Shown one piece after another: positions 24,800-37,472 of a DNA stretch of 64,000 nt; position 1 is the first letter of the stretch, and each line of letters opens with the position of its first letter. The translations under genes and the position numbers were made by a program. The DNA is from Lama glama (Eukaryota). The notes beneath the pieces are model-generated. The model made no database searches. It saw only the letters and a program-made list of their open reading frames with translations, and was not told the DNA's origin. Location of the stretch: positions 39,930,001 through 39,994,000 of the forward strand of contig CM052818.1 of assembly GCA_028534125.1 (NCBI GenBank). The letters run 5' to 3'.

Positions 24800-27420
24800 T
24801 AGGGATGTTCAATGTCAGGAAGTCTATTGACATAATACCTCATATCAAAAAATTAAAAGAAAAATGCACGTGATTATAACTATAGGTGCAGAAAAGTAAT
24901 TTATAAAATCTAGAAGCAGAAATTCCAAATAAGAATTCTAAGTAAGAATAAAGGATGAAGATTAGTTACAGATAACATTATATATAAATGGTTATAGATA
25001 CATATATATAAAGTATATTTTTAGCTAGTTAGTTATAACATAACAAATACTGAAATGCCAAAGTCATTTTCCATAAAATTAAAAATAAAACAGAGGTGCC
25101 ACTTATGTCCATCATAAGAAAACATCTATCCAAATAAGAACTTGGACATGAATATTCACAGAAGCATTATTCAAATTAGCCAAAGGTGGAGATACCCAAA
25201 TGCCCATTAATTGATGAGTAGACAAACTGTGGAATATCCATACAATTGAAATCATATTCAATCTAATAAAAGATTGAAGTGTATTATTACATACACAGAT
25301 AAACCTTGAAAACACTATGCTAAGAATCCAGTCACAAAAGGCCATATATTATATGAGTCCATTTCTACAAAATGTCCAGAACAGGCAAATCCACAGAGAT
25401 GGGAGTTCTATTAGCAGTCAAGAAGGATTTGGGGGAATTTTTCTGACAGCTAAAAGGTATGGGGTTTCCTTTTGGGATGATGGGAATATTCTGGAAGTAG
25501 TATTGATGGTTGCACAATGTGGTAAAAATGCTAAAAACCACTGGATTATCTGTACATCTTAAAATGGTAAATGTTATATTGTATGAATTATATCTCAATT
25601 TAAAAAAGCTCTAAACTTTGCACATTCCTAAATAAAATGCACATACACAAAATTGATTTTTTAACATAATAGCAATAACCAATTAGAAATGAGGGAAAAT
25701 TATATTCACAGTATCAATAAAAATTCTAATTATATAGAAGTCATTTTTCCAAAAAAGATATAAGGGAATCTATGAAGAAAACAAGAAGAAATAATAGCAT
25801 CAAATACCAGAATTTCCCAAATGACTGTGTAATATAACACAATAATAATTATAACCATAATGTACTTTTAAAACTAAATAAATGTTTCTCGAGCTTGCAT
25901 GGAAGAATCAGTGTCTACAAATAGCTAGGGAAATTACAATAAAGAATATCTTCCCAGATATTAAAACTGAAAATAAAGTCGTCCGTAAGTAAAATAATAT
26001 GGTCTTGACTCAGATACGGGAAAATGAATCAGTGGAGCAGAATCAAAACCTTTAGGAAATAGATCCAAGTAAATATGAGAAGTTAATATGGTATTTTGTT
26101 TCAGTGGATAAAGAATATTCACTTAAGAAATGATTCTGATACACAGGCAATATTGAAGCAAACCTAGGCCTTTCACATCATATACATACCCATAGTCAGG
26201 TAGATTAAATATATCAGAAATCAAGTGGATGCTTAGAAAAACTAGGGGAAATATTATTCAATGAAAGAAACTCAGAAGTAAAAACAATAGCAGATATCTC
26301 TAACTACAATAGATTAAATATGTATAATGAAGGATATATGTAATAACTGTTATATGGTGACAGTATACATTACGTGCACGCATATGTAACAGGTATTAAT
26401 ATTATATATACATTAAGTATATATATATATATATATAATTATAGCATATAGTTTGTGTAGGAATGTACATGCTTAGAAAGAGATAGATGATAGATAAAGG
26501 AAAGATTTCCCAACCTCTTGGATGGGAAGAGTTAACATCCCCACAATCCTTAAAGTTTTACCAACAGATCAGGAAAGGACACAGACTTAGAAGAATGGGC
26601 AGATGCGAACAGGAAAGTCAAAGAAGAGAAATCTAAGCAGACCATACTCGTATTAAACGATGCCCTCTCTCACTAGTATTCAGAGAAAGGCAGATGAACA
26701 TGGGAGCGAAGATAGTATTTTTCACTCATTAGACGCCAGAAGTTAAAGTGCTCATACCCAGTGGTGGTAAGGTTTATGAGAAACTGGCACTTTTGTATGT
26801 TCAGCAAGTGAGTTGCTGTAACTTTTTATAAAGTAATCTGGTAATGGCTATTAAAAAGTCACTTTCTTTTTGATTTAGCAATCCTAGTTTGACAGTCTCT
26901 TCTACAAAAATAGAAGCATCATATTTAAGGAGGATAATTGCAGCATTATTTTTGTAGCAAAATATTGGAAATGTATTGAACACCCATCAGTAGTTACACT
27001 TGTACAGATGACATAATACCTATCATATAGAATATTATGCAGCTATCCAAAAGAGTGAGTTAGATCCCTTAGTCCTGAAAGGGTGCCCATAATGCATTGT
27101 TTACTGAAAGGAGCAAGTTGCCTAGTATCTTAAATATTTTTATAAAAATAAGAGACACCATAATGACCACTCCGAATCCTTTTATATGTTAATAAATAAT
27201 CTATATTTGTCTTCCTTAGCCATAATGAAGGATGAAGATTATACCTAACAAATTATATTTAAAAGGTATATAATCCTGAAAGGATTATACCCAACAGGTT
27301 GACGTTGGCTGCCTTAAGTTTATAAGAAAGATTTAAGGAGGAGAAAGGGGGCTGGTTATCTCATTTTGTTCCATCAGTTACAATGAGTTTGTGTTATTTT
27401 TCAGTACAAAGAAAATAAAG
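24800..27420 (+). mobile_element. Ancient, fragmented L1 (L1M/L1ME-type ORF2 remnant plus 3' UTR)
   Basis: gggatgttcaatgtcaggaagtctatt...aaaagaaaaatgcacgtgattataactataggtgcagaaaag is a degenerate GWFNIRKS...DAEKAFDKI region; later aatagatccaagtaaatatg, ctcactagtattcagagaaaggcagat and gcagcattatttttgtagcaaaatattgg are L1 landmarks. Confidence 0.75.
25115..25607 (+). mobile_element. L1MB-type 3' end nested inside the older L1
   Basis: aaccttgaaaacactatgctaag...cagtcacaaaaggccatatattatatgagtccattt...gtccagaacaggcaaatccacagaga...atgttatattgtatgaattatatctcaatttaaaaaag. Confidence 0.8.
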
Positions 27421-28049
27421 GAAAATCTAAGAGAACAATATCTTTGGTCTGGTGATGTCCTCTTTTCTCAATTACCAGTTTATTTATGCACTTATCCTCA
27501 TCCTGCACTTTTTATTGGGTTTAGATATATTTTCAAGATGGAGCAGAGATAAATGTGAAATTGTTTTTTTGTTTAAACCAGAAGCCTAGATTTTGTTTGG
27601 AATAATCATTCTGGTAAAACTTCCATTATCTCCCACTTGTAAGGATAGAGGTCCTATAAAAGAAAGATTGTTCGCGTATTCTCAGAGTTGGGCTGGCCTG
27701 GCAGTACTGTCAGAGGGTGGAGGAAAGGGATCAAACCAGGAAAACACCTTTCAAGGACAAAGCAAGATTGAAGCAGGAGCAGTGAAAATCTGTTTAGTTT
27801 TCCCAAATCTGCTTGGAAAAGGAGAGTTGTCTTCCAGCCTGGGTCCTGGGCATGGCTTTTGTTTTGCTCTGCAAGAATTTCCTCACAAGTTGAGAGGACC
27901 TCAAGGTCTCTTTCTAACATATGAAGTGTGATGGAGAGAAACTCATATTTTAGAATAAAACGTTGGAATGTGTTGTTGGAATAACTTATGGAGCATGAGA
28001 GATAATCTTTCTCTCTAAATATGTGAAATACTTTTCCAATAAAAACATT

Positions 28050-28920
28050 CAAGTTTAGAGTTTGTTATTATTGTTTTCATATTTTGGAGTAGTTTAAAAG
28101 TTTTTTCTTGGTTATATTATATTTAGGCACTTTATTCCATGTTGAGTTTATTTAGTCAATAAATAGTGTTTTTAGCTCATCAGGATTTCATATGCATTAG
28201 AATATATATGTATGTACTTAATATTCCTTATAATTTAGTCTTTTCCCTCCCCATCTTAGTCTAGTTTTGTCATATCTGCCTAATTTTCTTAAAGTTTATC
28301 CAATTAATTGGTTAGTTTCAAAGAACCATCTATATTTATTATCAGTTCTTTCTTTGCTTCTAATCTGTAGATTTTATGGTTCACTTATTTTCTTCATTCT
28401 ACTATCATTAGTAGAATAGTTTTTTATTTTTCTTAAATACTCACATTTGTTTATTTTAGATAGTGAATGCATTCAATGCTATGCATTGACCATTAATGTA
28501 TTGCGAGAATTACTTTCTAATTTTTTCTCACCTTTGCTTCTTGTGTCTCACTGCTTCCCTGTGGGCTCAATTTGCTTCTTGCTTAAATATAAACTGTGAT
28601 AGGTGTCTATTTCAGCCATGGTCCATGGGTAATACTCTAAAAATGTCTTTATTTTGTTGTCATTCTTCTATGATAGTTGAGCTGGTTTAGAATCATAGAT
28701 TGCGTTCTATTCCCTCAGAACTTTGAGGTAAGTTTTCCATTGTCCTTTGACATCCATTGCTGCTGCTGTGAAGTCTGCTGTCATTTATTTGTAGTAATCT
28801 CTTTTTCCTCTCCTATGAAGTTTTTATTTTTAAACCTTTGGCATTGTGCAGTTTAGATTTATGCTTTTAACTACGCTGGGACTCAGTTATGATTTTTATT
28901 CTGAGGATTCATCTCTTGAA
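28050..28920 (-). mobile_element. Ancient L1M/HAL1-like fragment (left part)
   Basis: T-rich; tccctcagaactttgagg...ttccattgtcctttgacatccattgctgctgctgtgaagtctgctgtcatt is typical of antisense old L1/HAL1. Confidence 0.6.
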
Positions 28921-29045
28921 ATCCAGGGACAATAGAAACCCAGACAATAGCAACAGCAACAACAGCAGCAGCGACGGCAAATTTTATAATGAATAGCGAA
29001 TGACAAATTGTGGCAAAATTAGCAATCAAAAGTGAATCAATAATA

Positions 29046-31180
29046 TCTAAGATCAGGAGCAAGGCAAGGATGCTCACTCTTGCCAATTTTATTCAACATA
29101 GTATTGGAAGTCTTAGTCATGGAATTCAGATAAGAAAATGAATAAAGTAAATCCATTTTGTAAAGGAAAAAGTAACACTGTCACTATGTGCAGATGGTGT
29201 AATACTATACATAGAAAAACCTACAGATGCCACCCAAAAGCTCCTAGAGCTCATCAATAAATTGGGTAAAACTAATATACAGAAATATGTTAAATTTCTA
29301 TAACTAACTGTCTAAAAGAGAAATTAAGAAAATAATTCCATTTACCATTACATCAAAAATAATAAGATACCTAGGAAGAAACCTAACTAAGGAGCTAAAA
29401 AGCTGAGCTTGGAAAACTGTAAGACCCTGGTGAAAAAAAATTAAAATTAACACAAACAGATGGAAAGATATAGACAGTGTGTTCATGGATTGAAGAATTA
29501 ATATTAATTAGATGATAATACTATCCAAGGCAATCTACAGATTCAGTGCAAACCCTATCAAAATACCAATGGAATTTTTCACAGATCTAGAACAAACAAT
29601 TCTAAAATTTGTATCAAAACACGAAAGACTCTTGATGTCCAAAGGAATCTTGAGAAAGAAGAATAGAGCTAGAAGTTTCATGCTCCCTGATGTCTGACCA
29701 TACTTCAAAACTAAGGTAATCAAAATAATATGGTACTGGCACAAAAACAGACACATAGATCAATGGAACGTAATAGAGAGCCCAGACATAAACCCACACA
29801 CTTATGGTCAAATAAACTATGAGAAAGGAGGCAAAAATATGTAATGGGAAAAAGACAGTATCTTTTATATGTGCTGCTGGGAAAACTGGACAGTTATATG
29901 TAAAAGAATGAAATTAGAGCATTTTCCAAACCATATACAATAAAATCAAAATGGATTAAAGACCTAAATGTAAGACCAGAAACTGTAAAACTCCTAGAAG
30001 AGAACAAAAGCAAAACACTCTTTGACTTAAATCATAGGAATTCTTTTTTTAGATCTATCTCCTAAAGCAAAGGAAACAAAAGAAAAAATAAACAAATGAG
30101 ACCCAATTATACTTAAAAATTTCTTCACAGCAAAGGAAACCATTGACAAAACAAAAAGAAAACTTACTGAATAGGAGAAAATATTTGTAAATTCTGTGAT
30201 TTATAAGGGAGTAATATCCAAAATATATAAACAGTTCATACAACTAAATATCAAAAAACCAACAATCCAATTAAAAAATGGGGAGATGACTTGAATAGAT
30301 ATTTTTCCAAAGAAGGCATACAGATGACCAACAGGCACATGAAAAGATGCTCAAGAGTGCTAATCATCAGAGAAATGCAAATCAAAACCACAATGAGATA
30401 TCACCTCACACCTATCAGAATGGTTATCTCTAAAACCACCATAAATAACAAATGTTGGTGAGAATGTGAAGAAAAGGAAACCTTTATGCACTGTTGATGG
30501 GAATATAAATTGGTGCAGCCACTATGGAAAACAGTATGGAGATTCCTCAAAAAAACTAAAACCAGAATATGATCCAGCAATTCCACTTCTGAGTATATAT
30601 ACAAAGAAAACAAAAACACTCATTGAAAAAGACACATGGACCCCAATGTTTGTTGCAGTATTGTTTCCAATAGCCAAGATATGGATACAGCCTGAGTGTC
30701 CATCGACAGGTGAATGGATAAAGAAGATATATGTAGACATACATACAACACTACTCAACTATAAAAAAAATGAAATTCTGCCATTTGCAACAACATGGAT
30801 ATATCTAGAGGTTATTATGCTAAATGAAATAAGTCCAACAGAGAAAAAAAAGTACTGTATGTTATCACTTACATGTGGAATCTAAAAAATAAAACAAATG
30901 AATGTAATAAAACAGAAACAGACTCATAGATACAGAGAACAAACTGGTGATTACCAATGGGGAGAGGAATGTGGGAGGACAAGATAGAGGTCGGAGATTA
31001 AGAGGTACAAACTACTATCTATAAAATAAATAAGCTACAAGGATGTATTGTACAGCACAGGGGATATAGCCAACATTTTATAACAATCTTAAATGGAATA
31101 TAATCCATAAAAATTTTGAATCACTTTGTTGTACACCTGAAACTAATATTAAAAATCAACTATACCTCAACAAAGAAATT
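29046..31180 (+). mobile_element. 5'-truncated LINE-1 (disabled ORF2 RT-to-C-terminus plus 3' UTR), artiodactyl-type, with TSD
   Basis: Starts tctaagatcaggagcaaggcaaggatgctc (LRSGxRQGC); ORF-track peptides 29512-29697 ([28 protein letters not shown]) and 30466-30885 ([11 protein letters not shown]...NEILPFATTW) are ORF2; many stops and frameshifts; AATCAATAATA at 29035-29045 and 31181-31191. Confidence 0.95.
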
Positions 31181-31329
31181 AATCAATAATAAATAGGTGG
31201 CTTTCAAAATTTCATGTCTGAAAGTTGGCTGAAAAAATCTTTTAAATTAAAGCATAAATCATAAAGGAAATTATTAATTGCAAAAACTTAGCAATGATGA
31301 AAGACTAAATATCAAAATTACATCTAACG

Positions 31330-31800
31330 TTTTTTGCTTTATCTCATTTTTTTCTTTATCTCTTGAACAGTCATTAGATATATATTGGCATTTACTTTCT
31401 ATCTGTTATCCCGTCTCTTTCCCTTTTTTCCTCTGTCTTTTTATCTCTTTCTGTTTCATTTGGGGAGGTTTCCTCAAATCTAGATTCTGCTTTTAAATTC
31501 AAATCCAATGATGCAATGTCAAATTCAGTTTTTTTCTAAATATACCATTATACCTGTCAATTGAGGTATTTTTGTTAATTCAGTGACTGAGTATAATTTT
31601 CACATTTAGAATTATATTTGTTTCTTTTCAGTTCTACCTATTCTGTTTCCCCCTAAAACATCCCATACCTCTCCCAGGAATTCTATTTCTTCTGTTATCT
31701 TTTCTAGTATTCTAAACATTCTGATTTCAAAGTCTCTTTCTTACTTCTTTGATATATATAGATTTTTGGGTGTGAATGATCACATTTGTTTTGTCTGCTG
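31330..31800 (-). mobile_element. Ancient L1M/HAL1-like fragment (right part)
   Basis: T-rich antisense L1-like sequence continuing the style of 28050-28920. Confidence 0.5.
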
Positions 31801-31814
31801 ATTTACTCTCAGGA

Positions 31815-31970
31815 TGGTGGCGGAGTGTGAGGACTCAAAACTCAGATTGCCTGAATGAAATTATGATTCCACTGCTGTGTGAGTGTGAATAAGTCAGTTA
31901 TCTGTGTGTGCCTCATAAAACAGAAACAATAGTTTCTTCCTCCTGCATTTTCTGTATACCAACACTAGTG
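31815..31970 (+). mobile_element. MIR fragment
   Basis: gtgtgaggactcaaaactcagattgcctg...tccactgctgtgtgagtgtgaataagtcagttatctgtgtgtgcctca. Confidence 0.6.
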
Positions 31971-32056
31971 TGCTATTATTTAACTTACCTGTAGATTCTT
32001 ACAAGGTCACCAAACACAAAGCACAACACAGGCATATCCTGTTGTCTGACAGTTGT

Positions 32057-32124
32057 TTTATTTATTTATTTTTTTAAACTTTTTTTTTTTATTGAGTTAT
32101 AGTCATTTTACAATGTTGTGTCAG
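32057..32124 (-). mobile_element. Extremely 5'-truncated young L1 (3' tail only) with 17-bp TSD
   Basis: Minus strand CTGACACAACATTGTAAAATGACTATAACTCAATAAA plus A-rich tail; flanked by tgttgtctgacagttgt (32040-32056) and tgttgcctgacaattgt (32125-32141). Confidence 0.85.
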
Positions 32125-32704
32125 TGTTGCCTGACAATTGTAATTCCAAAGCAGGAACATATTTCAGGTACGTTGTCTACATGATAAACTTTGGGATACC
32201 TTTTTGTTAGTTATTGATGCTAAAGGGACGGTAAAGGGACATGATTTCTTTTCCTGGATATTGAAATGCAATTCTTGAGCTTGGAAAGTGTTTTTCTTTT
32301 AACTAGAGAGACAATGGACAACGATGTACTCCTGAGAAGGGTAGGAATTCATGAGTGTTTGGTTGAGAAGACAAGCTCTAAATCTCAAGGAAACCAAGTA
32401 AAGGGCTCTAGGCTCGACCTACCTGGATTGTCTGTGGTGCTTCTGTACTGTGGGATTGGAAAGTGACTTTTATATAAAGTTATTTTTTAAAGGCTACCAT
32501 TTTCCATATGGGTTAATCTATCCTTTATAACTGCCAAGAGGTCAGTTCTGTGGCAGACTCATACCTGGTATGTGTGACGATCGAGCGTCACACCAGGTTT
32601 TGCTTAGATGGGAAAGCAGTGTAGCATCAGCATGGAGCCTGGCAAGAATGGGTGATGATTAGCGACGTGGCTCCCAGGGGTGATACCCTGGTAATAAGAA
32701 ACCT

Positions 32705-32830
32705 ATGAAACATTTATTGGGCCTCTATGTGAAGCACTTACATAGATGTTAACCCATTTAATCTCTGTAAGTATCCTACCAGACAAGTATTGCTGTTCCT
32801 TTTTCATAAATGAGGGAACCAAGGGAGCTT
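32705..32830 (-). mobile_element. MIR fragment
   Basis: aacatttattgggcctctatgtgaagcac...catttaatctctg...tttcataaatgagggaaccaagg. Confidence 0.7.
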
Positions 32831-32990
32831 GGTGCAGCAGAAGGACCCCTGGACTGGAGCTAATCAGCTAGGTCCCTAGTCCCGGATCTGCCACTTAATG
32901 GTTGAGTGGCTTTGGAAAAGTTGCTTATTCTCTGTCATCATTGTGGACTTGGCCCTTGTGATGCTGAAGTCCCTTCCAGCTCTGACACCC
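32830..32990 (+). mobile_element. MIR/MIR3 fragment
   Basis: ggtgcagcagaaggacccctggactggag...ctagtcccggatctgccacttaat...gtcccttccagctctgac. Confidence 0.65.
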
Positions 32991-34452
32991 ACAGCTTAGT
33001 CTATTCCACGGCTTGCTAGTCTGTTTCACACACAGGCCGAGACATTGCTGGCAAATACTGTGTTTTCCTTCATATTGATGTGATTGTGGTTTACAAATAT
33101 ACTCATTCTTTGAGTATGCCAACTTCTGTTTGCAGAATGTACCAGAGCCCGATACCCCACCAGAAGCTGGCTCAGAAAATGCTCCAGAGGCTGTTCACGG
33201 CTGGCTTGGAAACCCATTCTCTGAAGTAAGCCAAAGAAAGATGCCAACTTACTCTGCAGGGGAGAGAAGGCCTCGTATAGAGTGAGACACAGGCATCCTG
33301 TGCTACTCATTCTTTAGGACCAAAGATAATTATCCACATGTCATTTTTGGTGCCAACCCTGGGCACTAGGGTTACAAATCATTAACACTATGAATGCAAC
33401 CTTCAGATTATTACCCAGAGGGATTAAAAGCAGCCAGGATAGCCACAAATGCCCACTGTGTAGCTCAGGCTGCAACAGGAGCCTTGAGTTCCGTGGAGGC
33501 AGGGCCGGCTCCCTCCCTTCATAGAGGCCCTCACCCCACCAGGAGGCTTCCTATGAGCACTTGATGGATTCCTAGGATTCATGTACAACAATTTATCTCA
33601 TTCATCCACAGAATGTGGTTTCTAAACCATCAGTCTTAGCAGTTATCAGTGCCCAGAGGACTATTTCACAGGGACTGCTTTGTGAGCCCTTTCTATATAT
33701 TTGTACTTTAAATGTTAAATATACTCAAACATAAGCCCTTGCAGAGGGCAAATTTGTACGATCAGGTCAAAGAGATCTATAAACTCTCTGATGAGGCCAT
33801 TTATTTGTTTATTTTAACAAATGCAAGGACGAACAAACCCTTGGAGGAGGTTTAAGAGTGTGTAAGTCCCAGCGTTCCTGGTGTTTATCTTAGCGGAGCA
33901 AATGAGGAATCAGGATTTCTCACCCATTTATTCTTACGTCATGGAGTTTATGAGCACCTTTCTACGGACAGTCACGTCCAAACAACATGCAAATATCTGC
34001 ATTCGCCGCATTTCTTCTTCTTACTGACAGTACCTTTGCAGGGCACTTGTGAAACAGTCTTATAAGAACTGTAATAAAAATGGCAGTATATGGCTTAGAG
34101 TCTTTAGAGTGAAGTGGTCTGCTCATGCTTGGTTTAGAAAACAAGATGCTTTTCATGATGAGCAAGCAAGAGGTGTTAACCTCTCAAGCACAAAAACACT
34201 CTTTATGAACATCGCCTGTATCTTATCGGTACCTTCTCCTATACTACAGAAACGCTGGCCAGGATTCCTAGTTCTGCTGATTAAGGGACCTGATGAATTT
34301 CCCAAGTGCAAATATCAACAGTTAATAAATCAATTTTCTTTTTAATGGGATAGAGGAGATAATAGTTCCAGGGGAGTAGTAAAACCTGGGGAAAGGCATT
34401 ATCCAAACTCCATTCTATGTGCTAGTCAAGACAAAGTTTACGCCGAGTCTTT

Positions 34453-34474
34453 TGTGTGTGTGTGTGTGTGTGTG
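34453..34474. repeat. (TG)n microsatellite
   Basis: Read directly. Confidence 0.9.
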
Positions 34475-35339
34475 AAAAATAGGCATGGACTGTGTTGTTT
34501 TTGCAACTTAATATCCATTTCAGTTCAAATTTATGGCAGAAAGAACTATAAAGTTGCAAATAAAAAGCGTTCAAAAGCAAAACATGTCCAATCTCTATAT
34601 CCCTCTATAAAAGTCTGGAATTCTCGTCAGGCATTCTTTAGAAAAGCTATCTAGACTTCAGAGTATCCTTTCAATCCTCCCATTGAATGCTAACCTCAGC
34701 CTTCAGCCTGCCCTCGCTTCCGATGTGGCCGCAACCCTACACCCCAATCTCGACAGGAAGATGGCCTCACTGCCAGGTCCCTCTTCCTCCCCCACCTCAG
34801 CTGGACTGTCCCCACCAGCTGGAAAGACTTTGTGGTCTCTCAGACAATAGTCAGAGCCCATGGTTGTGACATTTTAAATCTCACGTGTGATTCTTACATT
34901 TGTAAACCCCTCCCCCCACCCCCAGAGCTTCCCTTCTCTACCTCTATAGTGACTTCGACTTCCTGTTATCATTTCAGTAATTAAGACAGTTGCTCCAAGG
35001 CAGGATTACTTCAACATAGCTGCAGTCAACAAAGGCTGAAAGAGGAACTCCCATTCTCTATCCCAGAGAAGAAAAATAGAGTCTGGCTTTTCAGAATAGA
35101 GATTAACGCATGGGAGAAGGAGAGATTACCACAGTGAAAAGATGACAGGTGTTCCAATTCAAGCAGTCCGGCCGTCAAGTCCTTGCTTGGCTGTTTAGAA
35201 GCGGAGCGACTTTGGAGAGATTATTTTCTGTTTTTGAGACATGGGTTCCCCACAGGCAAAACAAAGATTAAAATGTCTTCTTTATTGGGTTCCAGTGAAG
35301 ATGAGGGATTATAGGTGTCAGATGTCTTGCTCACTTGTC

Positions 35340-35660
35340 GGTGCTGTGGTGGTCATAGCCCCGGAGTTGTTGTTGGTGATGGTGTCAGTGGGATTGTTGG
35401 TAAGTGGTGGCGTTGGCGACGGTGCAGGTAATGGTGGGGGGTGTGATAGTGGGGGTGAGGATGGAGGTGTTATTGGTGGTTGGAGCTGATGGACTGGTGG
35501 TGGCGCACATGATGGTGGCAGTGGTAGAAGCAGTGGGGATGGAGGTGGCGGTGGTGGTGGAGGTGGTGATGGAGGTAGAGGCTTTGGTGGTGGGTTTGGT
35601 GATAGTGATGGCGAAACTGATAGAGGTGGTGGTGTTAGCGGAGCAGTAATGGTTATGAGG
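35340..35660. repeat. Degenerate (GGT/GAT)n low-complexity tract
   Basis: Read directly; it explains the Pro-, Thr-, Val- and Gly-rich ORFs here. Confidence 0.9.
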
Positions 35661-36029
35661 TCCCTGAGTCTCAGAGAGAGGATCCCCAAACCTCCAGGGA
35701 GACTTTGGCAGCTCAGTTGGCATGAGCTAACGGAAAACAGGTTTTCTTTTAATTTTCTAGGTAAATAAACCTTGAACAATGGTGCAAAGTTAACATACAA
35801 AGTGAAAAGTGAAATCAATTTTGGATGCATGAGTTTTAAGTGTGCATATAATCATGTGACATCAGGGAAATTTTAAAAAAAATTTTTTGAAGAACAGAAA
35901 AACCAAAGCCATCTATCTTGAATGCTAAGTTCACATCCCTTGATAATGCTAGAGACACAGGTGGAGGAATTAGAGAGACATATACCACACACACACAGAC
36001 CTCCTTTTGTTCAATTAACAATTTTAGGA

Positions 36030-36085
36030 AAGAAGTATTATTTCCATTTTACAGATGAGAAAACTGAGGCTCAGAGAAAGCAGAA
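36030..36085 (-). mobile_element. MIR core
   Basis: attatttccattttacagatgagaaaactgaggctcagagaaag is near consensus. Confidence 0.85.
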
Positions 36086-36104
36086 AGCACTGTAGGATGT
36101 TCAT

Positions 36105-36335
36105 TGGCTTCAAGATGAGGTAGATCTTGCACTAATCCTGTTTCCCTTGCACCAGTTGTTTGACTATCTTTTACCCTCTTCAAACTGCAACTTCTTCATC
36201 CTTGACAATAATGCTAACAACTATCATGCAGGATTGATGTAAGGTATGAACAAGGTATATTTTTGATCTAATGGCAATTTCATATAAACGATCTTGCATG
36301 GTACTTATCACATAGAAAGTGTTCAATAAAAATAA
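36105..36335 (+). mobile_element. MIR (diverged)
   Basis: tcttcatccttgacaataatgctaacaactatcatgcaggattgatgtaagg...catagaaagtgttcaataaa. Confidence 0.6.
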
Positions 36336-36457
36336 CTGCCTTTTATTCATTCATTCATTTTTTATGTACCTTTCCATCCATCTATGCTTTTATCTAATGA
36401 GTCCAGCTAAATTGTATAAGGCAAGATAAGTTTTACTTCATATTAAACCTCCAAGAA

Positions 36458-37000
36458 TTGTATTGGTTGGAAATTTGGGGTTTCAGAGAATAGAAAACCT
36501 GATCCAAACACACAAAGGGAGTTTATTGCTTAATGCAACTGAAAAGGCCAACTTCAGGCATAGCTGGACCATGGGCTTGACTGATGTCTCTATGACTCAG
36601 TTTCTTCCCCCCACCCCATTCAACATAACTCCCTATGAACTGGTTCCTTTCTTGGTCAGACTCTCCTTTAATGATGTAAGAGCAAGATCTTCTGAATGTA
36701 CACACTCTCACTTTTAAGTCCAGCACAAGGGAAAAGTTTCCCTCATAATCATCCAAAGTCCAGGGCCTAATTTCCAGGCAAGAGGATGGATCCAGTCCAG
36801 AACCAATCACTCTTCCCAGTGAGATCAGTTACTCTGTTCAGCTTCAATCAATTGGTGCCTGCCCCTGGAATATCTGAGGCAATTCCCCAAACCATATGCA
36901 CTGGAGGGGAAAAAAGCCATTTCCCCAAAGAAAAATGCAAGTTGTCGTGGTATATGGGGGAGGTTGAATGGACTCTGGATGGCAAAGCAAGGAACTAACA
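36458..37000 (-). mobile_element. Old MaLR LTR (MLT1K/L-like)
   Basis: tgtattggttggaa...aatagaaaacctgatccaaac...gggagtttattgctta...cttcaggcatagctgga...gaaccaatcact. Confidence 0.65.
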
Positions 37001-37029
37001 CCGTTCTTCCTCAACCTGGTCTTTTTTTA

Positions 37030-37472
37030 CCCATTGTTCCGTCTCCAAGATCCATCCTTTCCGCAAGTCTGAAACCCAGGAGTCATCCTTGACCCCTCCC
37101 TTGTGCTTCCTGTCTCCCATTGCTAATCCATGGCCAGTTTCTGTCAACTGCATCTCTTCTCTCTGGGCCTCCCATAGACTAGTGTTTTATCAATCTGGAA
37201 TGCTGTTTCCTCACCCTTTCTCCTGTTAGTGTAGAAATCAGTTTATACATCATGTCTTTGGGGAAGGCTTTCCCCTGTGATATGTAAGGTTCCTCTGTTG
37301 TATATTTTCAAATCCCTGAGCACAGATTTTAATTGTAAATGAAAAAGAAGTGGGTGGCCACAGAAAACTGGAGCTCATGGTCTGTTTTTACTCACCATCG
37401 CACCCCCAGTGATGATCGCAATGCTGACATGGAGGTGGTGCTCTGTGAATGATTTGAGTGAAGGAATGAATC
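37030..37472 (+). mobile_element. L2 3' region
   Basis: aaacccaggagtcatccttgacccctccc...ctggaatgctgtttcc...tgaatgatttgagtgaaggaatgaat. Confidence 0.75.

Noticed and set aside
30466..30885. 139-aa ORF with real protein similarity
   Set aside because: C-terminus of a disabled LINE-1 ORF2, not a host gene
35318..35830. 170-aa proline-rich ORF and overlapping Thr/Val-rich ORFs
   Set aside because: Products of the (GGT)n low-complexity tract; open on both strands, with no domain
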